This document shows, piece by piece, positions 9,847-20,100 of a stretch of 64,000 nucleotides of DNA. Under the pieces are notes generated by a model, which saw only the letters and a program-made list of their open reading frames with translations, ran no database searches and was not told the DNA's origin. Each line of letters opens with the position of its first letter. Position 1 is the stretch's first letter. The stretch comes from Trypanosoma brucei (lineage: Eukaryota). The stretch is taken from positions 1,536,001 through 1,600,000 of the forward strand of contig CP000066.1 of the NCBI GenBank assembly GCA_000002445.1, written 5' to 3'. Made by a program: the position numbers and the translations under genes.

Positions 9847-11571
9847 AAAAGCTATTACCTGACGTAAAGGAGAAAGCGATGTGTGGAAAAGGGATGAAGA
9901 AGGGAATGCTGATAAGAAGAAAAGGGTAAGATACCGGAGGGAGGAAAGATAAAGGAAAGAAGTTCAGGCATCCATACAAGTTAGTTGAGGCCACACGCTA
10001 TTGGAGGTCTATGTTGAGGGCTTGTGCCAACCACTTTTCCTTCCCATGTTCATTCATTCACGTGATAAATTCTTCTGCTGTGTTTGTTTCTCTTTGCCTT
10101 CGAACGAGTGTGTTTGTCTCTTTCTGCGTCTGGCGGTTTAGAATAAGTCCCTCCTGCGAACTGTGCTGCGTTTCCATGATTATTTGTTTTATTTCCTCAA
10201 GTGAGGGTGCTATTACGGGAAATTGATGAGACTCACCGCAACAGATTTTCACTTTTCCCCTTTTTTTCTCTTTCGGAAATGTCGGCATACATGAAATTTT
10301 CTTTGTTGGTTTCGCACCGGAACTGTAAAGGAGGGACTTTGTAAAACGTGTTTACCACACAATCATTACATGGGACAAATCGATTCTAGCGACTCTATTT
10401 AATGTATTTGCGCGAGTCTCTGACGCACAGGGATGCATTCCGTGACTAATATGCCACTGAATCTCTTCACATCCATCTCCGTTTCAGTGCCACCCTTCCT
10501 TTTGCAGCTTGTGTGTCGGCTGAGGCAACAAACTGAAGCTGTTGGACATAATGCCAATTAACTGATTGGACAATTTTTGTTTGTCAGACGTTGACGGGGG
10601 ACACAAAATGGTACACATACACACACACACACACATACACACGCAGAAGATTTGCTACTGTGCTCTTACGATCATTCCATTAGTTTCAAACTAAAGGAAA
10701 AAAACCAGTCTTTGTGGGAACGGCGGAATTCGCTGGTAACATTGTCGTTGGCACCCACTTGGCGAAATAGCCGGTCGATATCAGCTTTACCGAAATCTCA
10801 GGGAACTATCAGTACGCCTTCACTTTCCTATGGCACCAAAACTCACAAAATTGCTGATGTTCAAACACTGAAGAATGAAAGATGACCTGTACTTCTTTGG
10901 GGTGGGCACTTCTGCTGAAGGAGTAGTCGGTATGCTGTCGACACTTTTTTTTTTTTAAGCACCAAAGGGGGAAAGAGTAAGTGCTGCATGCCTGGTAGTT
11001 TACAATTATATCTTGAGCAAAGGAATTACCTTTTCGATCACAAACTTTAAAAAGTTCCGGCGGTGCTGCATCTGAGAGTAATTTTTTTTTTTATCACTAG
11101 AAAAGCAGCCAGTAGCGCTTAGAAAGTTCAGAAGAGAGCGCACAAGATATCACTTCACATTTTACCATTCCACGCACTAAACTGGGTATTTTTGTAACTT
11201 TTTTTTGTATTTACAGCGTGTTTAAGGCCATGAGGGCGCAATATGTAACAAGCCTTTTGAGCACTATGCTTTAAGTGTGTGCATGACGAGCTAATTTAAC
11301 ATATGACTGCTTTCGTTCTTTCCCTTGTACCCATAGGAGGAGGATTCCGACTTAATAAGTTTTCTGTAGTTACCAGATAATCATAAAAACGTGTCAACAC
11401 AAAATACTACCAAAGAGGGAGGGGGAAAAACAATAAAATACAAGGGGAAAATTTTGTCGATAATTGTGAAAGAAAAGATAAAACGGAAGCAGTGCGGGTA
11501 GTTAAGTCATATCTGGTAGTTTAATCTGTTCGGCTCACAGAGTAAACAAATCACCGAGTTGCTCAAAAAAT

Positions 11572-14500
11572 ATGGAAGAGGACAAAAAACATTGGAGTTA
11601 CGACGCGGAAAACGAGGGTGTGTTACGCGACACCCCCTCTCCACTTCAGATACAAGAATCCATTGGGAACGATGGGAATACACAAACAGAAGGTAATGAG
11701 CACGGTGATTCTACAACAGAAGAAAATATCAGCAACAGCGAAGTAAAATGTGAAATTGAAATTGTGGAAAAGGTTCATCCGGATGCCGAAGAGGAAGAGG
11801 CACGTCTCAGAGCTGAAGAGGAGGCACGTCTGAGAGCTGAAGAGGAGGCACGTCTGAGAGCTGAAGAGGAGGCACGTCTCAGAGCTGAAGAGGAATCACG
11901 TCTCAGAGCTGAAGAGGAGGCACGTCTCAGAGCTGAAGAGGAGGCACGTCTCAGAGCTGAAGAGGAGGCACGTCTGAGAGCTGAAGAGGAGGCACGTCTC
12001 AGAGCTGAAGAGGAATCACGTCTCAGAGCTGAAGAGGAGGCACGTCTCAGAGCTGAAGAGGAGGCACGTCTCAGAGCTGAAGAGGAGGCACGTCTCAGAG
12101 CTGAAGAGGAGGCACGTCTGAGAGCTGAAGAGGAGGCACGTCTCAGAGCTGAAGAGGAGGCACGTCTCAGAGCTGAAGAGGAGGCACGTCTCAGAGCTGA
12201 AGAGGAATCACGTCTCAGAGCTGAAGAGGAGGCACGTCTCAGAGCTGAAGAGGAGGCACGTCTCAGAGCTGAAGAGGAATCACGTCTCAGAGCTGAAGAG
12301 GAGGCACGTCTGAGAGCTGAAGAGGAGGCACGTCTCAGAGCTGAAGAGGAGGCACGTCTCAGAGCTGAAGAGGAGGCACGTCTGAGAGCTGAAGAGGAGG
12401 CACGTCTCAGAGCTGAAGAGGAGGCACGTCTCAGAGCTGAAGAGGAGGCACGTCTCAGAGCTGAAGAGGAGGCACGTCTCAGAGCTGAAGAGGAATCACG
12501 TCTCAGAGCTGAAGAGGAGGCACGTCTCAGAGCTGAAGAGGAGGCACGTCTCAGAGCTGAAGAGGAGGCACGTCTCAGAGCTGAAGAGGAATCACGTCTC
12601 AGAGCTGAAGAGGAGGCACGTCTCAGAGCTGAAGAGGAGGCACGTCTCAGAGCTGAAGAGGAATCACGTCTCAGAGCTGAAGAGGAGGCACGTCTCAGAG
12701 CTGAAGAGGAGGCACGTCTCAGAGCTGAAGAGGAGGCACGTCTCAGAGCTGAAGAGGAGGCACGTCTCAGAGCTGAAGAGGAGGCACGTCTCAGAGCTGA
12801 AGAGGAGGCACGTCTCAGAGCTGAAGAGGAGGCACGTCTCAGAGCTGAAGAGGAGGCACGTCTCAGAGCTGAGGAAGAGGCACGTCTGAGAGCTGAAGAG
12901 GAGGCACGTCTGAGAGCTGAAGAGGAGGCACGTCTCAGAGCTGAAGAGGAAGAGGCACGTCTCAGAGCTGAAGAGGAGGCACATCTTGAAAGTAAAGACT
13001 CTTCCGTTAAACGACCCATCCAATGTGACGATGGTTGTAGGTGGATTAGGGCTGATGAGGTTGCAGCAGTTTCAGCAATTGAGGGGCCCACAGGTTCAGC
13101 TTTAGATGATTGTCTTTCGTATTCGTTTGTTGGTATAAGTTCCTCTGAAGTTTCTGTGGGAGGGGAAAACTGCGATGCATTTATGGGTAAAGGTGATACA
13201 TCATCGGCAAGTGATAACGCGCGTAGTGATCACTTGACCGGCCGTTCTTGTTCCAAAACAGTGCCCTTGAAACATCCGTTAACAAATAACATTCCATGCC
13301 ATGATGAGTTTGAAATTTGCATGGAGGAAGAGCTGCTGCGTATGGGTTACGCTGAATCGGATATCCACGTCCGCTACCTGGAACTTCACCACCACGAGAC
13401 GTCACGGGAGCCTGGGCGTTGTCTGTATCCTCCTCTTGAGAGTGGAGGTGGTGTCTTGTCCCCACAAAACATTCAAATTGGTTTCTTCAGAAGCAAGCAG
13501 GTCGTCATTGCTTCCCACTCCTTGGTATCCAGGAGAGTGGCTAAGCGCGAGAGGAGCGCTAAAGTTGGTGAGAGGGCTTTAAGCGACTCGCGGTTCTTCT
13601 TCGAGAATGAACTAATGTCCGACACTACGGTTACAACGGAAGACAGAAATTTACCTCACAATAGCCCTGATGAGCAACTTGTTGAGGAACAGAAACTAAG
13701 GACTAACCAAAATAACCTCGTGGCAGCTGCGCTCTCCCGTTTTACCCTTGGTGACCCTGTTCAAGTGTGGGAGCAGGCATGCGGGTTCTCCCTTGATCCT
13801 GTCCCCGGTATTAGGGATGGTGTGAGACAACTTCCTACACATGTGACTGGGGAGACGTCTTCGTATATATGGGCACACGAAATCGCAACTAACAAGCCAG
13901 TTCCCGCAATGAAAGCCTTTGACTCCGGCGTTCTGCTTCGTGTTGAATGTACGTCTATCGCGAGTCGACTCCTCGAGGTACACAAGGATGCAATAGATCC
14001 TGTCATTGTATCGGTGGCATTCTACAGTATGGGCTCCAGTACCAAGTTAAAGGTGTCTGAGACATTTTTTTTTGATTCGTGTGTCGACATTTTCTACCCT
14101 CACAAGGAGCGCAGTGAACTCAACAGAGAAAGTCGAGCGATGGCTTTTATTCCACAAGAGTTCTTCGCCTCCCTTTACCTCGTTATGCGTGTGTACCGAC
14201 CCTGCTGTGAGGATCAGGACAGTTATGTAGACCTCTACAGCAGACCCGACCGCTACAAAAGCCAGCAGGTTACTCTTATGAAGCAGAACACACAGCTGCT
14301 TGCCATGAAATCTGATATTTTTGAGGAAATTGGCTGGTACATGATGCCTTGTGTAAAGAATAAGAGTGTGGTTGAAACGTTGGAGACGACCAAATTGTAC
14401 CAAAGAGGGGCACCCGATGCACAGGTATTTCAATTGGTAGAAAATGAGCGTGCGCAGAAAGCATTAGCCACACTCCCTTTCTTCGCTTCTTTCAGCTTGA

Positions 14501-17500
14501 AGCATTGTAAGGGATGCGAAGTTGAGTTTCCGTCCCAGCATGATGAACCACTTCCTGAGGAAAATGAGACGATTATCAAGGTGTGCACCCGAAGCGATAC
14601 CGAAGTACAGGAGGAAACTTGCCGATTTGTTCCTTGCATCATACCCATACTAAACTCAGGGTTTTTCAACTCTTATCATAATGTGTACTACTTTCGTCTT
14701 GACAGGGTGAAACTGGTAAGCACTGGGATATTACGAACTGTTCCCTCGACGCACCGCACATTTGTCATGGAGATCAATGTAAGAGACAACGACACATCAT
14801 TGTCTGGTGAAAACCTACCGCTTTTGTACGGGAACAGGCTATCAGCAAAGACACTGCAGACGTCCGTGTGGGCCTCAGCTGTTCACAATTCTCTTGACTT
14901 TTCGTTGAGCGATGAGTTTAAGGTGCAACTGCCACTCCATCTTGGCGAAAAGTTCCATATATTTATAACCCTCTATGCCTGCTGTAAGAAAATGGACAAT
15001 TCTTCAGAAGAAATGCAGAAAATGCACAAGGTTGGTTATGCAGCATTTCCTATTATCCATAACGGTGTGGTGCGGGTGAAGGACGAGTGGACCATCAAGT
15101 TCATCGCAGCGGATCAAGTACTTGAAGGGTCGGAAAAATCATATCTAGATAAATTCTCCGAGGCAGCTGACGAGGCGCACCTTAATGGTGGTATCCCTGT
15201 CTTGTCTGTCAGTACGCAGACACGTACCTCTGTTCATGCCTCTAATGCCATCATTGCCAGTTTACTGAAGGAGATGCCGGCTTCGTTGGAGAGTATTTTG
15301 CGTAATGATAACTTGTTCCGCGTTTCCGGGAATTTGAAAGATATCTATAGGTCCGATGATGACGCAATTCACAGCAGTTTGATCCGTAAAATGCGGAAAC
15401 TTCCTCTGGCGGAGATTCTAGCTTTTTATCCACTTCTTTCGTTCTTCATACTGTCGCTGATCAGTTCACCGTCGAAAAGTGTCAGTTTACCCTGTCGAAC
15501 CGCAGCTTTGGAGGTACTTCTTGACATTACAATCAAAACGCAGCATTATGATCTTACAACCCGTTCGCGTCAAAAACAGCACTCAGCACGGGGTGTTTCC
15601 AAAACCTCCGTAACCCGCTTTCTCTATCACCATCTTACTAATGATTTACTGTATAATGGAGAGAAGCAACGCCTCTACGCCGGATTTGCAGAGACATGGT
15701 TACATCTACTGGTGGCGTGTAGACCGCATTCAGAGAACACTGACCAAGGTGCTGGGGATAAAACTGCGAAGGACGACCGTGAACAAGACAAGAGGAACAT
15801 TCGCAAGCGGATGGCAGATCTGTCGTGGTTTTTATTCGGTGTGATATTGCGTTCTATTTACATCTGGGCACTGGAGAACCCCAGCATTCCTCGAGCGAAG
15901 TTGTTGGACCCCGGTTTCTACTCGATTATTGGTGACCTCTGCGTAGAAGCTCTTGACGTTCTTGACGGTTTTGGAATCGATGATGTCCTTGTTCGGCGCA
16001 CGGCACTCTTTACGAGGAATCTGTTTAATTTCTGTGATCGCGGAAAGGTGCTTAACATCACCCAACGAATCGTGGAGTTCTTCGAAAAACGGCAAGATAT
16101 GGAGGGATTGGGCACGTTTATGAGTATCATTCTTGACGACGTGGATGTCGTTACGTTGATGATTCCTTCTTCGTCATACACCCAACCCGTCTTTCTTACT
16201 CGTATATTAGTACATGCCTTCTCGCTTTTACTCTCCAGTCCAAGCCAGGTCGTGCGTTCCTCATCTTCGGACGTGCTCTACAAATTCATTTGTCGTGTGA
16301 CAAATGGTGTGCGTTACCCCGCAACCTGTTTGCGCTGGATGGCCTCGCAACTCCTTGCTTTGGTACGAGAGGTTTCACTTCGGTGGAAAGCGTATGTGCA
16401 AATGTGTGAGAAGACAGAGTCTGTTGCTACAATTGAGGACAAGCGTCAACTCTGTGTTTCGATACTTTGGATAATTTATTATGCACCACCAGGTCGTCTA
16501 CGAAATTGGTTGAAGGGAGAGCGCGACAGTGACGTAATTTCTGGTCTTTTGAGCCTTGTAAGTGATGCGCAACACCTCTTTCGCTACACCGCGGGCGTTG
16601 ACAAGGCAAATCCACATGGTGTTAAGGAACCAACCCAATGGATGCGGGAGTGGGATGCGCGCATGTCAACGTTTGTTGCTGCAATTGGTGCATATGTGTG
16701 CAGCGCAGTCCTCCATGCTGTTCCTGATGCACTAAAGAGTCTCCGAACTGAGAAAGTGGATCCAATTGTGTTCCCGTTCTTTCATTTGTTAGAAGGTGTA
16801 TTGCATCTTGGAAATTCAACAGCCGCCCTTCAGATTGGTTCCTGTGCCCTACTGGAAGTTGCTCATTCTATCTTTCCGGAGATTTTGTGTTCCACTTCGC
16901 GGATGTGCAGCGGTATGGCAGTACTTGTGATGAGTCTGATGAGTAGTTGTTCGGTGCATGTGCGTTCAATGGCGGAGGAGGTGCTGTTCCTGATGTGCTA
17001 CGCCTGTTACACGGGGTGCAGGTCAGTCGCAAAAATCAAGGCGCCGATCTTCAGCGCAACGGTTTACGTGGCGGAGTCTAAAAAGCGTGACCTTCGTTTA
17101 GCTGGAGGTTTTCTCGAACTCCATCTCTCGAACTTAGTGCGAAAAGCTCAACAGTCGGGAGACAACTTCCCCCCGTTTTCCCAGTCGTATGTAAAGCGCT
17201 GTGAAGCTGACTCAGAAACCCCCGGTAATGAGGTTACCGCAGGGCGCCGGCATTGTGGAGAGTCACCATTTACTTCTGTCGAGCGGATGAGCCCGATACC
17301 ATCTTGCCTTATCAGCAACGGTGTGAATGGAATCGCATCACTTGTAGGAAACCGTAGGACAAGTGCTATTGTTGGAAGCGAACAGGGCAGCAACAACTGT
17401 AATGAACCACCCTCATTCGCAGAGGAGCTGGCTTCAGTGAGGGAAATATCCATGATGTTGTTCGGTAGCGTTCGGCAACTGATGCAGACCGAATCTCTTC

Positions 17501-18963
17501 GGCTGAAGGAGGCGAAGGCGCTCCAACACTTCAAACTTGCCGTGCAACTGTTGAGGGTGGGTGCAGTGCATGAATGCCTCAGATGGTTTCAGCGCCTTCA
17601 TGAACTGCACAAAGCGAACAACAACATGGGGGAGGCGGGCATTGTTTTGTTGTTTGTAGCGGCTCTTTGTTTTCGTCTAACAGAAGCCTTCTACCAAGTA
17701 AGAGGAAAGGAATCACGAGGAGCACGCATACCATTTATTGTGTTCTCCCACGTGTTCTGGCACGATTACGCGCGGCTTCTTCCTGAAGTGGACACACTTC
17801 TTACTGGTGATGTTTTGTATACGGTGGTGTCGGAGTTGAGGGTTCTCCCTAGCGACCCCTGCTTGTCACTTTCAGGACATGTAGAAGTGTTGCGAGGGGC
17901 TGCGTCGCTGTTAGATAAGGATCATTATAACATCTTCTCTGTAGGTGTGTTAAGCATTGTTGAGCGTTACTACCGTTTGTTGAATGACTTCAAAGCTGCC
18001 GCCTCAATCCACTCAGCGATGGCGGACGGTTGTTATGCGGTTTCTAAAGAAGATCGACAAAAGCGGGAGAATCACTGTTACTTTTTGCTTTGGGCTCGCA
18101 TGAACCGGGCAGAAGTTGAGTTACATGAGATGGATGGTAACGAATCCATGCAAAACGGATACAGCCTGCCTCTAAAATGCGTGTTTAAAATGCCAGCTAA
18201 AACTAAGTTGGAGCAGTTTTTGGAATGTAGCAAAGACTTCGTTAGGCCCCTTCTCAAAGACGCCACTCCTCTTGTTGTTACGGAAATGGCGGAGGAACAA
18301 AAAGATATGGGAGCTTTAGAAGCTTCGAAATTACCACCGGAAAATTGCTGTTTATTAAGCGTGTGTGAAGTCAACCCATGCTTTTCCAGTGGTAGGCGGA
18401 AGCTCACCGACAGTTACGATAGAAATGCTTCCCTCAATAAATTTGAGTACATGACGTACACATACGACAACAGTCGGGAGTATGGCGACGCCAAGCCGGA
18501 TAGTGCTTTACTAAGGAACCGTTTGGTTGTGTACAAATACCACCTTGAGCGCTCATTCCCTTCAACAACGAATGTCATAGACGTTGCCACTACACATATT
18601 GACCAGCTTGATACCGCGGCCACCGTTGCACACGTCCTGGGCAAAAGCATTGAAATGTTGCAGGCGCCGGTGGATAACGACGAACTTGTCGGCACACTGC
18701 TACGAGCGCTTACGCCCGGTGGGTTCGCGCGGCCAGGCGCTTATATAAAAGAAGTCATCACTACAATGAGTACGAATAGTGCTGTAATGACTCAGGTGCG
18801 ATCCCTCAGCAAACTACTGAAGACGAAGTTGACACTTTGCGAAAAGCATGACGCTCCACTAAATAGCACAGAGAATTACGCACTTGTTTTAAAGGCTGTG
18901 ATGGATATAGAGTGTACGCTTATTACTTTGGATGACAAGGTAGGGGTAGCCTGCAGTCAATAG
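11572..18963 (+). CDS. Giant 2463-aa protein. The N-terminus carries an acidic/Arg-rich tandem-repeat domain of about 50 x EEEARLRA. The C-terminal two thirds have DOCK-family (DHR-1/DHR-2-like) features of a guanine-nucleotide exchange factor.
   Basis: The ATG at 11572 is genuine, and this is the longest ORF in the window. The repeat is read directly from the sequence. A DHR-2-like segment, 'GAVHECLRWFQRLHELHKANNNMGEAGIVLLFVAALCFRL', matches the remembered DOCK motif '[37 protein letters not shown]' in the pattern W..L.....n..EAa....aal. A DHR-1-like segment is 'GEKFHIFITLYACCKK' versus the DOCK motif 'HLLFTFYHVSC'. The domain call is from memory only. Confidence 0.6.
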   Translation: MEEDKKHWSYDAENEGVLRDTPSPLQIQESIGNDGNTQTEGNEHGDSTTEENISNSEVKCEIEIVEKVHPDAEEEEARLRAEEEARLRAEEEARLRAEEEARLRAEEESRLRAEEEARLRAEEEARLRAEEEARLRAEEEARLRAEEESRLRAEEEARLRAEEEARLRAEEEARLRAEEEARLRAEEEARLRAEEEARLRAEEEARLRAEEESRLRAEEEARLRAEEEARLRAEEESRLRAEEEARLRAEEEARLRAEEEARLRAEEEARLRAEEEARLRAEEEARLRAEEEARLRAEEEARLRAEEESRLRAEEEARLRAEEEARLRAEEEARLRAEEESRLRAEEEARLRAEEEARLRAEEESRLRAEEEARLRAEEEARLRAEEEARLRAEEEARLRAEEEARLRAEEEARLRAEEEARLRAEEEARLRAEEEARLRAEEEARLRAEEEARLRAEEEEARLRAEEEAHLESKDSSVKRPIQCDDGCRWIRADEVAAVSAIEGPTGSALDDCLSYSFVGISSSEVSVGGENCDAFMGKGDTSSASDNARSDHLTGRSCSKTVPLKHPLTNNIPCHDEFEICMEEELLRMGYAESDIHVRYLELHHHETSREPGRCLYPPLESGGGVLSPQNIQIGFFRSKQVVIASHSLVSRRVAKRERSAKVGERALSDSRFFFENELMSDTTVTTEDRNLPHNSPDEQLVEEQKLRTNQNNLVAAALSRFTLGDPVQVWEQACGFSLDPVPGIRDGVRQLPTHVTGETSSYIWAHEIATNKPVPAMKAFDSGVLLRVECTSIASRLLEVHKDAIDPVIVSVAFYSMGSSTKLKVSETFFFDSCVDIFYPHKERSELNRESRAMAFIPQEFFASLYLVMRVYRPCCEDQDSYVDLYSRPDRYKSQQVTLMKQNTQLLAMKSDIFEEIGWYMMPCVKNKSVVETLETTKLYQRGAPDAQVFQLVENERAQKALATLPFFASFSLKHCKGCEVEFPSQHDEPLPEENETIIKVCTRSDTEVQEETCRFVPCIIPILNSGFFNSYHNVYYFRLDRVKLVSTGILRTVPSTHRTFVMEINVRDNDTSLSGENLPLLYGNRLSAKTLQTSVWASAVHNSLDFSLSDEFKVQLPLHLGEKFHIFITLYACCKKMDNSSEEMQKMHKVGYAAFPIIHNGVVRVKDEWTIKFIAADQVLEGSEKSYLDKFSEAADEAHLNGGIPVLSVSTQTRTSVHASNAIIASLLKEMPASLESILRNDNLFRVSGNLKDIYRSDDDAIHSSLIRKMRKLPLAEILAFYPLLSFFILSLISSPSKSVSLPCRTAALEVLLDITIKTQHYDLTTRSRQKQHSARGVSKTSVTRFLYHHLTNDLLYNGEKQRLYAGFAETWLHLLVACRPHSENTDQGAGDKTAKDDREQDKRNIRKRMADLSWFLFGVILRSIYIWALENPSIPRAKLLDPGFYSIIGDLCVEALDVLDGFGIDDVLVRRTALFTRNLFNFCDRGKVLNITQRIVEFFEKRQDMEGLGTFMSIILDDVDVVTLMIPSSSYTQPVFLTRILVHAFSLLLSSPSQVVRSSSSDVLYKFICRVTNGVRYPATCLRWMASQLLALVREVSLRWKAYVQMCEKTESVATIEDKRQLCVSILWIIYYAPPGRLRNWLKGERDSDVISGLLSLVSDAQHLFRYTAGVDKANPHGVKEPTQWMREWDARMSTFVAAIGAYVCSAVLHAVPDALKSLRTEKVDPIVFPFFHLLEGVLHLGNSTAALQIGSCALLEVAHSIFPEILCSTSRMCSGMAVLVMSLMSSCSVHVRSMAEEVLFLMCYACYTGCRSVAKIKAPIFSATVYVAESKKRDLRLAGGFLELHLSNLVRKAQQSGDNFPPFSQSYVKRCEADSETPGNEVTAGRRHCGESPFTSVERMSPIPSCLISNGVNGIASLVGNRRTSAIVGSEQGSNNCNEPPSFAEELASVREISMMLFGSVRQLMQTESLRLKEAKALQHFKLAVQLLRVGAVHECLRWFQRLHELHKANNNMGEAGIVLLFVAALCFRLTEAFYQVRGKESRGARIPFIVFSHVFWHDYARLLPEVDTLLTGDVLYTVVSELRVLPSDPCLSLSGHVEVLRGAASLLDKDHYNIFSVGVLSIVERYYRLLNDFKAAASIHSAMADGCYAVSKEDRQKRENHCYFLLWARMNRAEVELHEMDGNESMQNGYSLPLKCVFKMPAKTKLEQFLECSKDFVRPLLKDATPLVVTEMAEEQKDMGALEASKLPPENCCLLSVCEVNPCFSSGRRKLTDSYDRNASLNKFEYMTYTYDNSREYGDAKPDSALLRNRLVVYKYHLERSFPSTTNVIDVATTHIDQLDTAATVAHVLGKSIEMLQAPVDNDELVGTLLRALTPGGFARPGAYIKEVITTMSTNSAVMTQVRSLSKLLKTKLTLCEKHDAPLNSTENYALVLKAVMDIECTLITLDDKVGVACSQ
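11788..12984 (+). repeat. Perfect 24-bp tandem repeat (GAAGAGGAGGCACGTCTCAGAGCT), about 50 copies, in-frame and encoding (EEEARLRA)n.
   Basis: Read directly from the sequence. The only variants are a synonymous ctc/ctg (Leu) change and gca/tca (Ala/Ser) in about 10 copies. The last copy degenerates to EEEAHLES. A 438-aa antisense ORF (11775-13091, 'SSSALRRA'n) is an artefact of the repeat. Confidence 0.97.
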
Positions 18964-20100
18964 CGATAAACCAATGTGGTGCGTGAGATATTAAAAGGTA
19001 TTTTAAGGTTAATATATTTTGGGGGTTGGATGGCGTCACCATTATTAATATTTTAATCATAGAAAATACTCTCGCGTCATATTGATGTAGTGGTTGGTGA
19101 TTTTTTTTGCTTTTGTTATTTTCGTGTGCTTTAAGATCCAGCGTTGCGGTAGTGTTCACCCTCCCCCCGATGGGGTCAAATATTTGGCCTTCAAAACAAA
19201 TGTTGAATTAACCTTTTGATGATGATATCATTTTCATTTTTTTCTCCATAACAATGAATGTTTCGTGTCTGATAAATTGATGGTGAGTGCGATGGGCGTG
19301 TTATCGCTACCATTCCTTTTGCTTTAATCACCGCCTCTCCTGTTGGATTTTCTCAATGTGTGAACGTGCTTCCATCACTCAGCACTGCTGCAGACACAGA
19401 CGAATACAATACTACAAATGAATACAGATATATATGTTGTTTCCCTCTTTTTGTTCCTTTTTTGTTTCAATTTTACCGTCGCTCAGCGGCTGTTTCTTCG
19501 ATCGTCCCTTGAATGTGATTCTCTTCATAACGCTGGGTTGATTGAGTGCTCTGCACTTGTATCTAATCGTGCTTAGTGGTGGAACAGTTTTAAATTATCA
19601 TCATGACTTGAAGGAGCTGGGAAGTCGGAATTGATTCCGGTATTTTTTAAAAAAAAATAGAAAGAGAAATTATATACAAGTGCCCCTCTCTTTTTTGTGT
19701 TTGTTTCTGTGCGTTTATTTGCATTATTAACAGGGAGAAGTAACCATAGGTAACGTGCTAAGCGGTTTAGGAGAGCTGTGAAGGGGCGTGTTTAATTCTC
19801 TTTTTTACGTGTGATCCCTTTTGTCGCTATCACTATTTCGTCAGTTCTATTATTATTGTTATTATCACTTGCTACTGTGTCATGTCTCCGTTGTTCTTCG
19901 TAATGTAGTAAAGGTTGAGCATTTGATAGAGTTTTTTTTTCTTATTTTATTGGTTAAGGGTGCTTGTATCACCAAAGGGGGAGCACGCGGAAGTGCGGTA
20001 GGGCGAATAGACGCGAAAAGAATTGCAAAAAAAAAAAGTAGTGAATACTCTGAACACTACATTACAGGGGCTATTAAGGCAATTTTTTTCTAGTGAAGAG

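Noticed and set aside
11775-13091. A 438-aa ORF on the minus strand with a '(SSSALRRA)n' repeat.
   Set aside because: It is the reverse complement of the in-frame 24-bp repeat inside the giant + strand gene. The reverse strand stays open only because the repeat has no stop codon in that frame. It is antisense to a strongly supported CDS in a genome with unidirectional polycistrons.
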